A DNA stretch of 55,232 bases from a virus (lineage: Duplodnaviria; Caudoviricetes), in the IMG/VR virus record IMGVR_UViG_3300011440_000024, positions 1 through 55,232 of that record, one strand, 5' to 3'. This document shows, piece by piece, positions 20,865-30,900 of this stretch (positions are counted from its first letter, which is position 1; every line of letters starts with the position of its first letter). Made by a program: the position numbers and the translations under genes. The notes below the pieces were generated by a model. The model did not search any database and was not told where the DNA came from. It saw only the letters and a list, made by a program, of their open reading frames with translations.

Positions 20865-21450
20865 AGTTCTTATATGGGCAATTACAGTATGCTTCTTTGT
20901 GGTTGCAACCGCGCAGGGTATTAGTGCATATCGTCAGTGGCAGACAGAGCAAGATGTTGAAGTTGTTAACACGATTATTCGTACAGGAGTTTGCGCTGGA
21001 CGTGATCGTGAGGATTGTATCATTGCGCTAGAAAAGAGATTGAAGGGACAAAAAGGTAAACCAGGAGAAGTAGGTATTAGAGGTCCAAAAGGGCCGCAAG
21101 GTGTTCAGGGCGTTCAGGGCGTTCAGGGTGCTAAAGGTGCTAAAGGTAATACTGGCGCAAGAGGTAGAACGGGAGCAACTGGAGCAACAGGCAAACAAGG
21201 AATTGCAGGAGATACATTCACAAGGGAGGAACTATTAGAAGCGATCAGATTGTTCTGCCAAACTAATTCAGCAGTATGTCGAGGTGAGCAAGGGCCACCA
21301 GGTCCAAAAGGTGACAAGGGTGATTCCGGTGATAGTTCTCCACCTGGACCACCTGGGCCACCCGGAGAACCTGGGCCACCTTTACCACAACCACCACCAG
21401 CACCAAAGCCACCACCATGTAAGCCAAAGCCTAATAAACCATGTCCATAA
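20857..21450 (+). CDS. Membrane-anchored collagen-like protein
   Basis: N-terminal TM, Gly-X-Y repeats, Cys pairs, Pro-rich end. Confidence 0.75.
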   Translation: MNKVLIWAITVCFFVVATAQGISAYRQWQTEQDVEVVNTIIRTGVCAGRDREDCIIALEKRLKGQKGKPGEVGIRGPKGPQGVQGVQGVQGAKGAKGNTGARGRTGATGATGKQGIAGDTFTREELLEAIRLFCQTNSAVCRGEQGPPGPKGDKGDSGDSSPPGPPGPPGEPGPPLPQPPPAPKPPPCKPKPNKPCP

Positions 21451-21465
21451 TGACAGGAGATATAG

Positions 21466-21963
21466 ATGAGTGCATTTGATAATGTAGCAGCACGATTGAA
21501 AGAGCATCTACCATTTAAGAAAGATACAACCACGCCTATTACTGCATGGGCAGATCAAGCTAAAGCTCTCAATAAAATGGCTGCCGATGTTGATCGTCTA
21601 ATGGTGCGTGTTGGAAAACTTGAAGGTACTACACCAACACCTGAACCTACTCCAGAACCGGAACCTACACCCGTTGTTAAATATGCACCGCGAGCATATA
21701 ACTCCACACCTAGTGCAGATGCCAGATTCTGTATGCTAACCAAGTATGGTGTGGTAAAAGAAGGCAGCGGATACGTCGATAGCAAAGGTGTTCATTACGA
21801 CGAAGCTGGTCGTGATTTAGGTGGCAGGAGTAAAAATCAAGTGCCAGAGCTTAAAGGTGCCAACTCAATGGATGGTAGAGAACCATGTGATGAGTACGTT
21901 GGCCCTACAGGTAGAACTATCGGAGGAAGTGCAGGCTATCCGGCAGCTAGCTTTGAACAATGA
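21466..21963 (+). CDS. Hypothetical protein with PTPE linker; N-terminal domain shared with endolysin
   Basis: W.....LNK.AAD motif shared with 21960..22580. Confidence 0.5.
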   Translation: MSAFDNVAARLKEHLPFKKDTTTPITAWADQAKALNKMAADVDRLMVRVGKLEGTTPTPEPTPEPEPTPVVKYAPRAYNSTPSADARFCMLTKYGVVKEGSGYVDSKGVHYDEAGRDLGGRSKNQVPELKGANSMDGREPCDEYVGPTGRTIGGSAGYPAASFEQ

Positions 21964-22580
21964 ACGATCAACAACGTCTAACGCTATTGAATGCAGCAAT
22001 CAAAGAGCTTAAGCTCACGAAGGAGGGCTTTCCTAAAAAGCTAGTACCGGGTACGCATTGGGCTAATGCAATGCCTAAGCTCAATAAACTAGCTGCGGAT
22101 TTGAAGCCTGATCCTAAACCTGTTATACCTATTTTTGGGCCAGTATACAACGGTGGGGATTCATTACTTCATTACCAACTTACGCATGAAACTTCTAATA
22201 TTGATTACTACCCTGCATTTGATACAGCATTCTCTGAAGGGATGGCAATCCTTGCACCTGAACCTCTATTAGTTAGTCGCAGTTCTAGTTCCAAGCCAGG
22301 TCTAGCATTCTATGCTATTGGATCATGGAAACTAAAATACTGGTTCGGGCATCTTGATCGTACCCATGCCGCAGGTAAACGATTTAAGAAGGGAGAGCTT
22401 ATTGGAAGAGTATGTCATAACAATGTTGGCGGTGGACCTCATTGCCATATTGGAATAAATGTCGAAGAGTTGATGGGACGTAATCATCAGTTGAAATATG
22501 GTAAAAATGGTAATGGACCTAACTACACTTTCGGTTCGCCTAACATCGGTAAGCAAATAATCGAATTCTTGCAAACTTAG
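21960..22580 (+). CDS. Endolysin, M23-family peptidase
   Basis: YWFGHLD, FKKGELIG and GPHCHIG motifs of M23 peptidases. Confidence 0.75.
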   Translation: MNDQQRLTLLNAAIKELKLTKEGFPKKLVPGTHWANAMPKLNKLAADLKPDPKPVIPIFGPVYNGGDSLLHYQLTHETSNIDYYPAFDTAFSEGMAILAPEPLLVSRSSSSKPGLAFYAIGSWKLKYWFGHLDRTHAAGKRFKKGELIGRVCHNNVGGGPHCHIGINVEELMGRNHQLKYGKNGNGPNYTFGSPNIGKQIIEFLQT

Positions 22581-22592
22581 GAGGAACGGCTA

Positions 22593-22853
22593 GTGAATCC
22601 CATTGTTAACAAGTGGCTCGATCTACTCGATAGAGTAGGATGGACAGCAGTTCAAGCTGCCGCAGCCGCAGGTATTGTTGTTCTATCAGGTACAGGAGTA
22701 GTTGAATGGAAAGGCGCACTTCTATTTGTTGCTACTGCAACGGCAATCGCAGTTCTTAAAGTTGTAGTAGGTCAGAATACAGGCACAGATGATACTGGAT
22801 CACTAATCGGTCAGCCTGTTATCGAACCCTCGCCTGTGGATGCGAACAAATGA
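22593..22853 (+). CDS. Holin (r1t-like)
   Basis: DLLDRVGWTAVQA motif and two TM segments right after endolysin. Confidence 0.75.
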   Translation: MNPIVNKWLDLLDRVGWTAVQAAAAAGIVVLSGTGVVEWKGALLFVATATAIAVLKVVVGQNTGTDDTGSLIGQPVIEPSPVDANK

Positions 22854-22948
22854 GCGGGGAACTTTATCATTTCTTAGTTGTAGTCAGTGTAATTGCAATT
22901 GCAGTAATGCTTTTCATTGCAATGATTTCGGACGACATTACATTTTAA
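22850..22948 (+). CDS. Small membrane peptide (32 aa)
   Basis: ATGA overlap with holin; MSGELYHFLVVVSVIAIAVMLFIAMISDDITF. Confidence 0.45.
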   Translation: MSGELYHFLVVVSVIAIAVMLFIAMISDDITF

Positions 22949-22989
22949 TAGTTTAAGCAACAACAAGGTTGCGCTCACCCGCGCAGCAT

Positions 22990-23041
22990 GGAGCCGGTAG
23001 CTAGTTTTTCTCCTGGGCTACTACCGGCTCCTATTTTATTT
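22990..23041. terminator. Intrinsic terminator between convergent arms
   Basis: 11-bp stem GGAGCCGGTAG/CTACCGGCTCC followed by TATTTTATTT. Confidence 0.7.
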
Positions 23042-23201
23042 CCTTAAGGCTTAGAAAGTACATAGGGTCTTTCCATTCAGTACTTCCAATAGGACGCATC
23101 CAAGCCCTGTAAACTCTTTCCTCTTCCTCGTTCATTTTGATAAACAATTTAGCATATTCAAAATCACCATCACGTTCATATTCGATTCTTGTCTCAATCA
23201 T
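23031..23201 (-). CDS. Hypothetical protein (56 aa, not in ORF track)
   Basis: GAGG RBS, MIETRIEYERDG... Confidence 0.45.
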   Translation of the reverse strand: MIETRIEYERDGDFEYAKLFIKMNEEEERVYRAWMRPIGSTEWKDPMYFLSLKEIK

Positions 23202-23215
23202 TTAATTCATCCTCT

Positions 23216-23419
23216 CTAAACAATCAAGCCTTCTCGGTATAGAATAGCAACTGCATGAGTTTTATTGTTGGCTTCTAGCTTCCTGAGAACCTTCTTAACG
23301 TGAGTCTGAACTGTCTCATAGCTGACATTTAAATATTGTCCTGCTTCTTCGTAAGTTCGACCATGTGCTATCCATTGCATAACTTCAATCTCACGTTCAG
23401 TAATCTTGTCACTTATCAA
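23216..23419 (-). CDS. Stand-alone LuxR/NarL-type HTH regulator
   Basis: ITEREIEVMQWIAHG...TVQTHV...KL..NKTHAV; probable TTG start at 23419 after GAGG. Confidence 0.85.
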   Translation of the reverse strand: MISDKITEREIEVMQWIAHGRTYEEAGQYLNVSYETVQTHVKKVLRKLEANNKTHAVAILYREGLIV

Positions 23420-23882
23420 GTTTAACCTCGTAGTTAGTAAATGGTGTAATCTTATGGATACCAAAGCCGTATTTGAATTGCCACCACTGTAGCATATGGC
23501 GCATTGCATCACGACCATGTTGTAAGCCTGGTACATAAACGCCAAATCTCTTGAGTTGATCGTCAGTCCAGTAACCCATTGCTTCTGACGGCATCTGAGC
23601 AAAGTATTTAATTCCCTCAGTCTGACAGAACAACTCAATTACTCCAATCAGACGAGTCGGTGTTAAGTCCAACCCTGGCCTAGCACGATTACGATAGTGA
23701 AACTTCTCGTATATCAGGTAAAAGTTCTTCTGCCAATGCTCATGCATAAACTTGAACAGTTCGCTCTCATTGAACTTTTGTTGTCCTGGCGTCAATACTA
23801 ATTTGTCACCATCGTACACTCCATGACAATAACCAGTTGTTCCACCAGGATCGAGAGATAGTATATGTTGCGTCTGTGCCAT
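23409..23882 (-). CDS. RuvC-like Holliday junction resolvase
   Basis: LSLDPGGTTG, IYE, HGRDA motifs. Confidence 0.75.
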   Translation of the reverse strand: MAQTQHILSLDPGGTTGYCHGVYDGDKLVLTPGQQKFNESELFKFMHEHWQKNFYLIYEKFHYRNRARPGLDLTPTRLIGVIELFCQTEGIKYFAQMPSEAMGYWTDDQLKRFGVYVPGLQHGRDAMRHMLQWWQFKYGFGIHKITPFTNYEVKLDK

Positions 23883-24045
23883 ATCTATTGAATCTCTCCT
23901 AATCGGTTCCCCTGAGCCGGTGGGCTACCAGTCGCGGAACCCCCCGATTGTCTTCTAAATGAGTTCCTGAGCCGGAATCCTGAGCGATCGGATCGGGCGG
24001 CTACTTCTGCCTGTTCTGAGAAGTTGCGAATTTACATACTAGTCA

Positions 24046-26481
24046 CTATATTGCTTCTCCCCATGATGGGCCGATTTGCATATCAGCTTTGAATGGTAGT
24101 TCCCAACCCAATGCATCTTTAGCTCTTGATTCCATAACCTGTTTACAGATCACTCCGTACTCATCGACGTAGTTATCTTCCACATCACCCAAGATGGAAT
24201 CGTGGACTGTGAGGACGATAACCGCCCTAGCTGAATCAATGTTATCTGCGATGATAATGGCAGATGTGAGTGTGAGGTCGTTAGCAGTTGTTTGAGGATA
24301 GAAGTTAATTCCCTCTCTATAGACCGCTGACTTATTGTAGTCCGTGAGAAGATGGAAACGTCGCTTCCGTCCAAATGGAGAAGTAAGTGTTCCCTTAGTG
24401 TGAATCTCTGTTTCGACAGCTTTTTCCCAGGTGCCAACACCAGTAAATGTTTTCCATACCCAGTCAATATACAGTTGTGCCTCCGACTCGGGGATATCAT
24501 GTTTCTCCTGGAATGTTGCTGCTGTCTGTCTAAAGAATACACCGAAGTTTACGTTCTTAGCAACGTCTCTATTATGCTTCGTGAAATCGGCACCATAAAA
24601 TCGTTCGGCACACTCGGAATGCAGGTCGCGTCCTTCTTGATAGATTGCCCATAGAAGAGGGTCGTGAGAAAATTCAGCAATGCAGCGAAGCTCTGCTTGC
24701 GAAAAGTCTGCATTGACAATACTTCTTCCGGGGCTAGCACGAAACAGAGTTCGGATATTAGGGATGCCCTCTTTTGGTCTTGTGATATTCTGAAGATTTG
24801 GCCTACGGCTTGATAGCCTCCCTGAGTTAGTTCCGAACAAGAGAAGGTCAGTATAAATTCTCCGTTCTTCGTCTGCTTCGGCATTGGCAATTAATCCAAT
24901 CAGATAGGTCGAAGCCTGTTTAGCGAGTTGCTGTGAACGATCATACAGTTCAACAAAACCTTTATAGTGTGCTTTTCTTTCTGCTAGATCAGGAGCTTCT
25001 TTAGCAGTAACCACATTACCCACACGCTCAGTAACAGTAGAACGTCTAACACTAAAACGATCAGCAAGAATTTCTTTTCTTGCCGAGTCATCGACACTGT
25101 TGTCTTTGTCGGGACGCTTTCGCATTTCATGGGTAATGCCCCAATCATCATAAAGGATAGCTGACATTTGTTTCGGAGAGTTAGGATTGAGTTCAGGCTT
25201 GTCAACCCATGTTCTCATCTTATCGGTTAGATCAACAAGTTCCGGCTTTACCTGAAATTCGTATAGATCAGCAGCACGATCCACGTCATAAGTGATACCG
25301 TGCAACTCAGCAGGAATAAGTAGATTATTAGTAGCTGGTATGAGAATCTCGTTGTAGAATCCCAGGACTCCATCAGCAGCGGCCATAGGATAATACAAGT
25401 CAAACAAAGACTTAGTGCCACCCACATCATTACCAGCATAAGTATAAAATTCATCATAATCTTCTACTACCCCTGTTTTCTTTGCTCTAGTAACAGCGGG
25501 AGGCGTGTAGTTGGGCCAACCGAATTCCTCCATGAGTAGATATTCAAGACCGTGAATTCCTATCGCGTCATCCCCACCCGATCTTTCATCCAACGCATAA
25601 GATAGGAGAATCGTGTCGTGATCGACTCTTGCTTTGATTCCATAGGTATGACGGAGGATTTTAGTATCGAACTTTCCATTGTGCCAGATAAAGCTATGAT
25701 GTTCTGATTCAAGTAAGGATCGTAAATGATCTCTAATGAAATTTTCGTCCTCAAACAATCCTTCACGCTCTCCGAGAACATAGGCGTGAGTTCCATCATA
25801 ACTGAATTGAATCGAAATAAGAGTCGCTCGGTGGGTGAGTCCTCCCCGAGATTCAATATCTGCCGCAATCTCTCCTGTCTTATTACTTCGTAGTTCGGCA
25901 ATGAGTTCGATTGCATCCTTCCTACTTTCGACAACTTCAATAGAAGGAAACGGAGCAGGTGGATTAGGATTAAACGCTCTCTTAAAGTCTTTCTTTAAGT
26001 TGGGGAAAACACTATCATCCCTGACGGCGAGTGCAGGATTATTGGTAGCAACAACTGTTCTGCCGTTTTGTTCGATACGATAACCTCGGTAACGATCAAT
26101 TGATCCTCGTCCACATATGAGATTAACTGCTTCCGATCCGGCGGCGATGACAAGACTAATACCGGATAGCTCTTTATGTAACCTTGGAGCGCACGCTTTA
26201 ATCGCAGCCGGCGGTACTTTGTTACCATCAGGTTCACATAGGACAACATTGGTAAGCATCACATCCTTACGAGTCAATCCATTACTCTTTAGAAGACTGT
26301 CGATAATGGCACGACTACCTTTAGGATTGGCAAATGGCTGCTTCGCCATAACATCATAACGTGCAGGTGATCGTGAAACTATGGCGGCTGTAGCCTGTGG
26401 CGGTTTTAGCGTGGGCGCATGCTTCTTCCGTTGAAGAGGACACTTCTCACATTCCGCTAATGGGTGCTTTCGCAAGGGCAT
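24046..26481 (-). CDS. Family A DNA polymerase with 3'-5' exonuclease and N-terminal UDG family-4-like domain
   Basis: CEKCPL...TNVVLC; exonuclease DIE, HNGKFD, YAGND; GRLSS, DFSQAELR, KNVNFG, VHDS. Confidence 0.92.
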   Translation of the reverse strand: MPLRKHPLAECEKCPLQRKKHAPTLKPPQATAAIVSRSPARYDVMAKQPFANPKGSRAIIDSLLKSNGLTRKDVMLTNVVLCEPDGNKVPPAAIKACAPRLHKELSGISLVIAAGSEAVNLICGRGSIDRYRGYRIEQNGRTVVATNNPALAVRDDSVFPNLKKDFKRAFNPNPPAPFPSIEVVESRKDAIELIAELRSNKTGEIAADIESRGGLTHRATLISIQFSYDGTHAYVLGEREGLFEDENFIRDHLRSLLESEHHSFIWHNGKFDTKILRHTYGIKARVDHDTILLSYALDERSGGDDAIGIHGLEYLLMEEFGWPNYTPPAVTRAKKTGVVEDYDEFYTYAGNDVGGTKSLFDLYYPMAAADGVLGFYNEILIPATNNLLIPAELHGITYDVDRAADLYEFQVKPELVDLTDKMRTWVDKPELNPNSPKQMSAILYDDWGITHEMRKRPDKDNSVDDSARKEILADRFSVRRSTVTERVGNVVTAKEAPDLAERKAHYKGFVELYDRSQQLAKQASTYLIGLIANAEADEERRIYTDLLLFGTNSGRLSSRRPNLQNITRPKEGIPNIRTLFRASPGRSIVNADFSQAELRCIAEFSHDPLLWAIYQEGRDLHSECAERFYGADFTKHNRDVAKNVNFGVFFRQTAATFQEKHDIPESEAQLYIDWVWKTFTGVGTWEKAVETEIHTKGTLTSPFGRKRRFHLLTDYNKSAVYREGINFYPQTTANDLTLTSAIIIADNIDSARAVIVLTVHDSILGDVEDNYVDEYGVICKQVMESRAKDALGWELPFKADMQIGPSWGEAI

Positions 26482-26783
26482 TAGTATGGATCATACTCCC
26501 AATAACAAGGATCAACACTTCTAGTCTTACCACAGCGAGCACATCTTGCAACATAACCTGTTACTCCACGCTGCCACTTATGGAATCTTAATCTGCAAAG
26601 CAATTTACCCATGTTACCAAGCTCCTGTTAGTCCAATCAGAAACCAAACGACAGTAAATCCTACTGCAAGAGTAACAAGTAGATTACCCCAAAGACTACG
26701 ATTATCCCAAAACACGTACAATTCAGAAACTAGCAGCACACTGACAATGATTAGAATAGCTGACAGAGCAATGTTCTCAAACA

Positions 26784-26972
26784 TCAGTCCACAAACTCAA
26801 TAGGTACATCGGGGAACATACGCTTGGCTGCTCGTTCGGCATTCCACCTACGGGTGTAACCTTTACTAGTTGTCATAATCTGATTGTTACCAGCACGAAG
26901 CCTAACAAACCATTTATATCTACTGACAGTTCTAAAGAAAACTGCATCCGACTTGAAGATTTCAACTTTCAT
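26784..26972 (-). CDS. DUF1508/YegP-like small protein
   Basis: WFVRLRAGNNQIMTTSKGYTRR.NA motif. Confidence 0.7.
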   Translation of the reverse strand: MKVEIFKSDAVFFRTVSRYKWFVRLRAGNNQIMTTSKGYTRRWNAERAAKRMFPDVPIEFVD

Positions 26973-27289
26973 CGGTTATCTCCTGATCCTTTGAGGACGC
27001 CACGCTTCTTACGAGAACGTAATTTTTCGATGTTAGCAATTGCAATTTCATCTAGATCAAGTTCCCATTCTGAGGCAATTTGTGATACATACCATAGTAC
27101 ATCACCTAACTCTTTGAATAGAAGCTCAACAGTTGTATCACTAGGTTGATCTCCACGAATAAATTTCTTTACTACACCAGCAACTTCACCTGCTTCACTA
27201 GCAAGACCTAGTGCAGTATATTCCACACCTTCCTCAGATGGATAAACTGCCGTCTTTTGCGCTGCGCCTTGATACTCGTTAAAGTCCAC
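26969..27289 (-). CDS. MazG-like NTP pyrophosphohydrolase
   Basis: LGLASEAGEV, KELGDVLWY, NIEKL..R...G.GDNR. Confidence 0.9.
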   Translation of the reverse strand: MDFNEYQGAAQKTAVYPSEEGVEYTALGLASEAGEVAGVVKKFIRGDQPSDTTVELLFKELGDVLWYVSQIASEWELDLDEIAIANIEKLRSRKKRGVLKGSGDNR

Positions 27290-27857
27290 GAATCAACCCC
27301 TGATAGAGTTCCATTACGTCAATTTGCAAATCTTCGATAGTACCATTGTTGTTAATGTCAGCGTCGATAAGAATATTTGGTAATGGTTCTTCTGATACAT
27401 GACCATCTGATTCATAACCAGGTCTAGTTACCCTAACTATTGTACCACCTAAGTCTTGAATCTTTGCAGCTTCGTTCTGAAAGCGAACATCAGTAACTAC
27501 GATGTCATCTTCAACGATTGAATCTCGATATAGACCATCTTCCCATTGATCTACCCAAAAGTTTTTACCGAAAGTATTGCGTCCCATTTCAGTACCGAAT
27601 CGTTGTATAAACTCACGCCACGAATAATCGTATTGTGTCGTTCCTGATACTTCTAGAATAACATGACCTACAGTTTCGGCTACGTTATCGTTTCCTTTTA
27701 ATTTATCGTAAACTATCAAGTCTATATCGAAAAGATTACAGACAGCTTCTTTCAGTATATCAGCGAATGCACGTCGTTGGAACTCATACGTCTCTACTAG
27801 AAAGGCACCACAGGTATCCTTGCCGCTTTGCTTTACTCCTGTAAATCCAATAATCAT
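27279..27857 (-). CDS. Deoxynucleoside monophosphate kinase
   Basis: GVKQSGKDT P-loop, FAD.LK, GTE.GR, VTDVRFQNE, H.SE. Confidence 0.9.
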   Translation of the reverse strand: MIIGFTGVKQSGKDTCGAFLVETYEFQRRAFADILKEAVCNLFDIDLIVYDKLKGNDNVAETVGHVILEVSGTTQYDYSWREFIQRFGTEMGRNTFGKNFWVDQWEDGLYRDSIVEDDIVVTDVRFQNEAAKIQDLGGTIVRVTRPGYESDGHVSEEPLPNILIDADINNNGTIEDLQIDVMELYQGLIRGL

Positions 27858-28054
27858 TTAGGATGCCCATTTGACATAGCTACTACCTTAGCTCTAAGTG
27901 CTGATGTTGTATTAGCATAACGTAATTCGGCTGACTCACGTTCAACTCGTACTGCTTGAACGTCATAACATGGAATGCATACTTGATTCGGATGTTCACC
28001 ATGTATCGGACAGTAGTAACAGAAGTCAAGTTCAGCTTCCATTTCCACGACCAT
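27854..28054 (-). CDS. Small Cys/His (Zn-finger-like) protein
   Basis: CPIH...CIPC; coupled to neighbours. Confidence 0.4.
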   Translation of the reverse strand: MVVEMEAELDFCYYCPIHGEHPNQVCIPCYDVQAVRVERESAELRYANTTSALRAKVVAMSNGHPK

Positions 28055-28493
28055 GATCTTTTGCCCAATTCGGTGCTTTAAGATTTCCGGCCTTTAGTGC
28101 TGCAATCTTCATCTGAGCAAGTTGTGGTTCAAGACTTTCTCTGATAGCTTCCATTGATGTCATAACGCACAACTTCAAATTTAGATTCATATTCTCTTCC
28201 GAGAAATCTCCGTCAAATCCACAGTTGATAAGAGCCTGAAGTTTGCATTGCATATAGAACAGTTCAGTACCAGTGAAAGTCATTTGATTTAGGGTAACAC
28301 CTAGAATATGCCACTTACCTTCTTCCTCTTTAATCTTTGCATCCCAACCCTCAACATCGAAGTCACTCTTCTTGTATTTATCTTCAGGCTTCTCGTCAGT
28401 CATAGCAGCTTCTTCAGCCATTAGATGTTCTTCGACTTCAGCATCCATATCCTTCTGTAACGCTGAATCCTGATCTGCGTATTGATCGCCCAT
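28032..28493 (-). CDS. Hypothetical protein
   Basis: ORF with G-rich RBS in replication operon. Confidence 0.55.
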   Translation of the reverse strand: MGDQYADQDSALQKDMDAEVEEHLMAEEAAMTDEKPEDKYKKSDFDVEGWDAKIKEEEGKWHILGVTLNQMTFTGTELFYMQCKLQALINCGFDGDFSEENMNLNLKLCVMTSMEAIRESLEPQLAQMKIAALKAGNLKAPNWAKDHGRGNGS

Positions 28494-28708
28494 TATGCAA
28501 TACCCCTAATCTTCCGTTCCAGAATAATACCGTGGTCTTTCATAATCTCCTCATTCGTTCGATACACTACTCGGTCACAGGTGATACAAATTTTGAAGTT
28601 CCTATCCTGTATGTCAGTTCTGTAAATACAGATATGACCTACATCTTCTTCCGGCATTGTATCTACTGTTTGATCTTTCAAGAACTGGTCTACCTCCCGA
28701 TTGGCCAA
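28493..28708 (-). CDS. Small Cys-containing hypothetical protein
   Basis: ORF coupled to neighbours. Confidence 0.4.
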   Translation of the reverse strand: MANREVDQFLKDQTVDTMPEEDVGHICIYRTDIQDRNFKICITCDRVVYRTNEEIMKDHGIILERKIRGIA

Positions 28709-30900
28709 TACTTGTACCCCCTTCCCTTCTTCTCAGATCGGACCATCATACGGTCTTCAAGTGTACGTTGTATGATATCCATTACAGGTGCGGATAGATG
28801 ATGCCTTGCCATTATCTCACCACGCAAGATACCTGGGATACGTTCGACTGTTCGATACACGGCGTTCAGTCTAACTTCATCAGTTGATCTACCAGCGTGC
28901 TTAAGTAGGTCAACCATATGCTTACCCCACTTCTGAATAAAGAAGGTAGCCTCGATGATATCAGTTAGCTCAACAGTGATTTTACCGTCGTCCGTAGGTT
29001 CTTGTCGTGCTGCCGCAAACAAGGTAGCTAGCTTCAACATGGAGAATGCCATACGTTGAAACGTTGGTGCTGCTAGGTGTCTATCAGGAGAGTCATAAGC
29101 TGTATGAATTAGTTTCTGCTCAACCTCAACAAACTTCGCCCATGCATCATTAGTTAGCTGTGCTTCAATTTCACGCTCAATCTCCATCGTTCCAACTTCA
29201 AGTTCTACCTCTACAATGCCTTCCGAATAGGTGTTGTGCAGGTGATTAAACAATGCCTTCAATTCATTACGTTTGTCTACGTTCTGATTTCGTGGTGGGC
29301 CGGTTGGTCTTACTTTATCTAAGTCAGCATATCCTGTTACAACAAGGAAACGGGGAATGAATCCTGATGTAACAAACTGTTCAGATATCATACTGTATGA
29401 CTTCTCAAGAATACCACCGCCGAAGAAAATAAACACTGGCTCCTGAAGGATGATAGTCTCACGCTTCAACTGCTTAGGCCAATGTTTAGGTACATCGTAC
29501 ATCTTCGTGAACGTCTCATGTATACCTGCAAGATAATCTCGTTTGTGCATCATTTCAAACAAACCTGCTACCTCATCACGATAGAACACTGAAGTCATCT
29601 TCGGTCTACGAGATACTGCTGTTAAGATACCTTCAGGTGAACCATCAGATGCTACAATAATCTCAGGATCAATTTCGATCAAGAAATCCATAGCCATATC
29701 CATTGCTGTTGTCTTACGAGTTAGCGTCGTGTCACCAAGTATCAATCCCCACAAGTTAGGAATGATTTTACCCCACTCAACCTTAACGTGAAGTCCAGAG
29801 GCCATTAATGCAGATAACAACATCGCACAACTAATCTCATGGTACTCTTCAACTGCGTCAGTAGCTTGGCTAGCCCATGTTAGATAGTCGTGAATGATGG
29901 AGTTACCAACCTTGTTAGATTCTTTAGCGGTCAGCAGTTGCGGCATTTGTAACGGTGCTGTCTTCTCAAAGACGGTTAGCAGTTGCTTCTGTTGAACATC
30001 TGCTTTAAGAACATCCTTCCACAAATGAGAGACAGGGCGTCCATCACGCTTGTACTTATTACACTTGGAATTCAGAGCAACAGCGAAAACTTCTTCTGTG
30101 TTCATTCCTGATTCGACACAAATATTGATGAGTGCCCATAGATCGCTAGACCAATCGTCGCCTGGTTCCTCACCATATAGACGAGGAAAGCTAGTTGCTT
30201 GCAACTTGGTACGATACTCATAGATAACGAACTCAGGATTAGGAAGACCATCGAGACTAGGTACTTCAGGTCCACTTCCGTTATCTGTCTCTATCTCATA
30301 CACTACCTCTATTGCTTCAAACACACTAGGATTGAGTAGTGCAGCAAAGCTAGTAATCAGCTTTACTTCAGGAATACTCTGAAGCCCGTCGTACTTGTAA
30401 TTGATAGTGCCAGGTACACGTAAGAGTTGCGTTAGATCGTGCCCTGTCTTATCTGCACCTAAATCAGCATACTTGTATGCGATCCTCTTACTGTAATCTT
30501 CAGCTCTCTCAGGATCAAGTTTCTTATCGAGACGCCAGATAGCTTGGAATCTTCCAGGTGATGATTCAATGACGCATTGCGGAGGAATGTCCAGCTTATC
30601 AGGTGTGCAAGTATCTAGGTCAGCCCACACTAGATTCTGTGGGATGCAATTCTGCTTAAGCCTCTTAGGTGTGGATAGGACATTGATACCGAACCACACG
30701 TTATGTCCTTCACGCGCGTTGTCAATGAACTTCAGTAGCTTTACCTTTTCAGTAGGCCACTTGAAATAATGCTCATTGAATGTTTCACGCTTGTTAGGTC
30801 TTTGAGTACAGATACATACATACCCAATGTCGTCACTAAATAGGTAGTCAAAGAACTCCAGGCGAAGAGTCATTTCACTACCTACGTCAGTCATTGGCAT
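28690..30900 (-). CDS. Primase-helicase (RepB-like AEP primase + DUF3987/YfjI-like ATPase)
   Basis: WADLD, IESSPGRFQAIW, LLRVPGT.N.KY; C-terminal G..RKTT, SPEG, DE, GFIPRF. Confidence 0.85.
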   Translation of the reverse strand: MPMTDVGSEMTLRLEFFDYLFSDDIGYVCICTQRPNKRETFNEHYFKWPTEKVKLLKFIDNAREGHNVWFGINVLSTPKRLKQNCIPQNLVWADLDTCTPDKLDIPPQCVIESSPGRFQAIWRLDKKLDPERAEDYSKRIAYKYADLGADKTGHDLTQLLRVPGTINYKYDGLQSIPEVKLITSFAALLNPSVFEAIEVVYEIETDNGSGPEVPSLDGLPNPEFVIYEYRTKLQATSFPRLYGEEPGDDWSSDLWALINICVESGMNTEEVFAVALNSKCNKYKRDGRPVSHLWKDVLKADVQQKQLLTVFEKTAPLQMPQLLTAKESNKVGNSIIHDYLTWASQATDAVEEYHEISCAMLLSALMASGLHVKVEWGKIIPNLWGLILGDTTLTRKTTAMDMAMDFLIEIDPEIIVASDGSPEGILTAVSRRPKMTSVFYRDEVAGLFEMMHKRDYLAGIHETFTKMYDVPKHWPKQLKRETIILQEPVFIFFGGGILEKSYSMISEQFVTSGFIPRFLVVTGYADLDKVRPTGPPRNQNVDKRNELKALFNHLHNTYSEGIVEVELEVGTMEIEREIEAQLTNDAWAKFVEVEQKLIHTAYDSPDRHLAAPTFQRMAFSMLKLATLFAAARQEPTDDGKITVELTDIIEATFFIQKWGKHMVDLLKHAGRSTDEVRLNAVYRTVERIPGILRGEIMARHHLSAPVMDIIQRTLEDRMMVRSEKKGRGYKYWPIGR

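Noticed and set aside
23420-23638. N-terminal extension of the LuxR ORF
   Set aside because: Overlaps the resolvase gene; TTG 23419 with GAGG gives a clean HTH-only protein.
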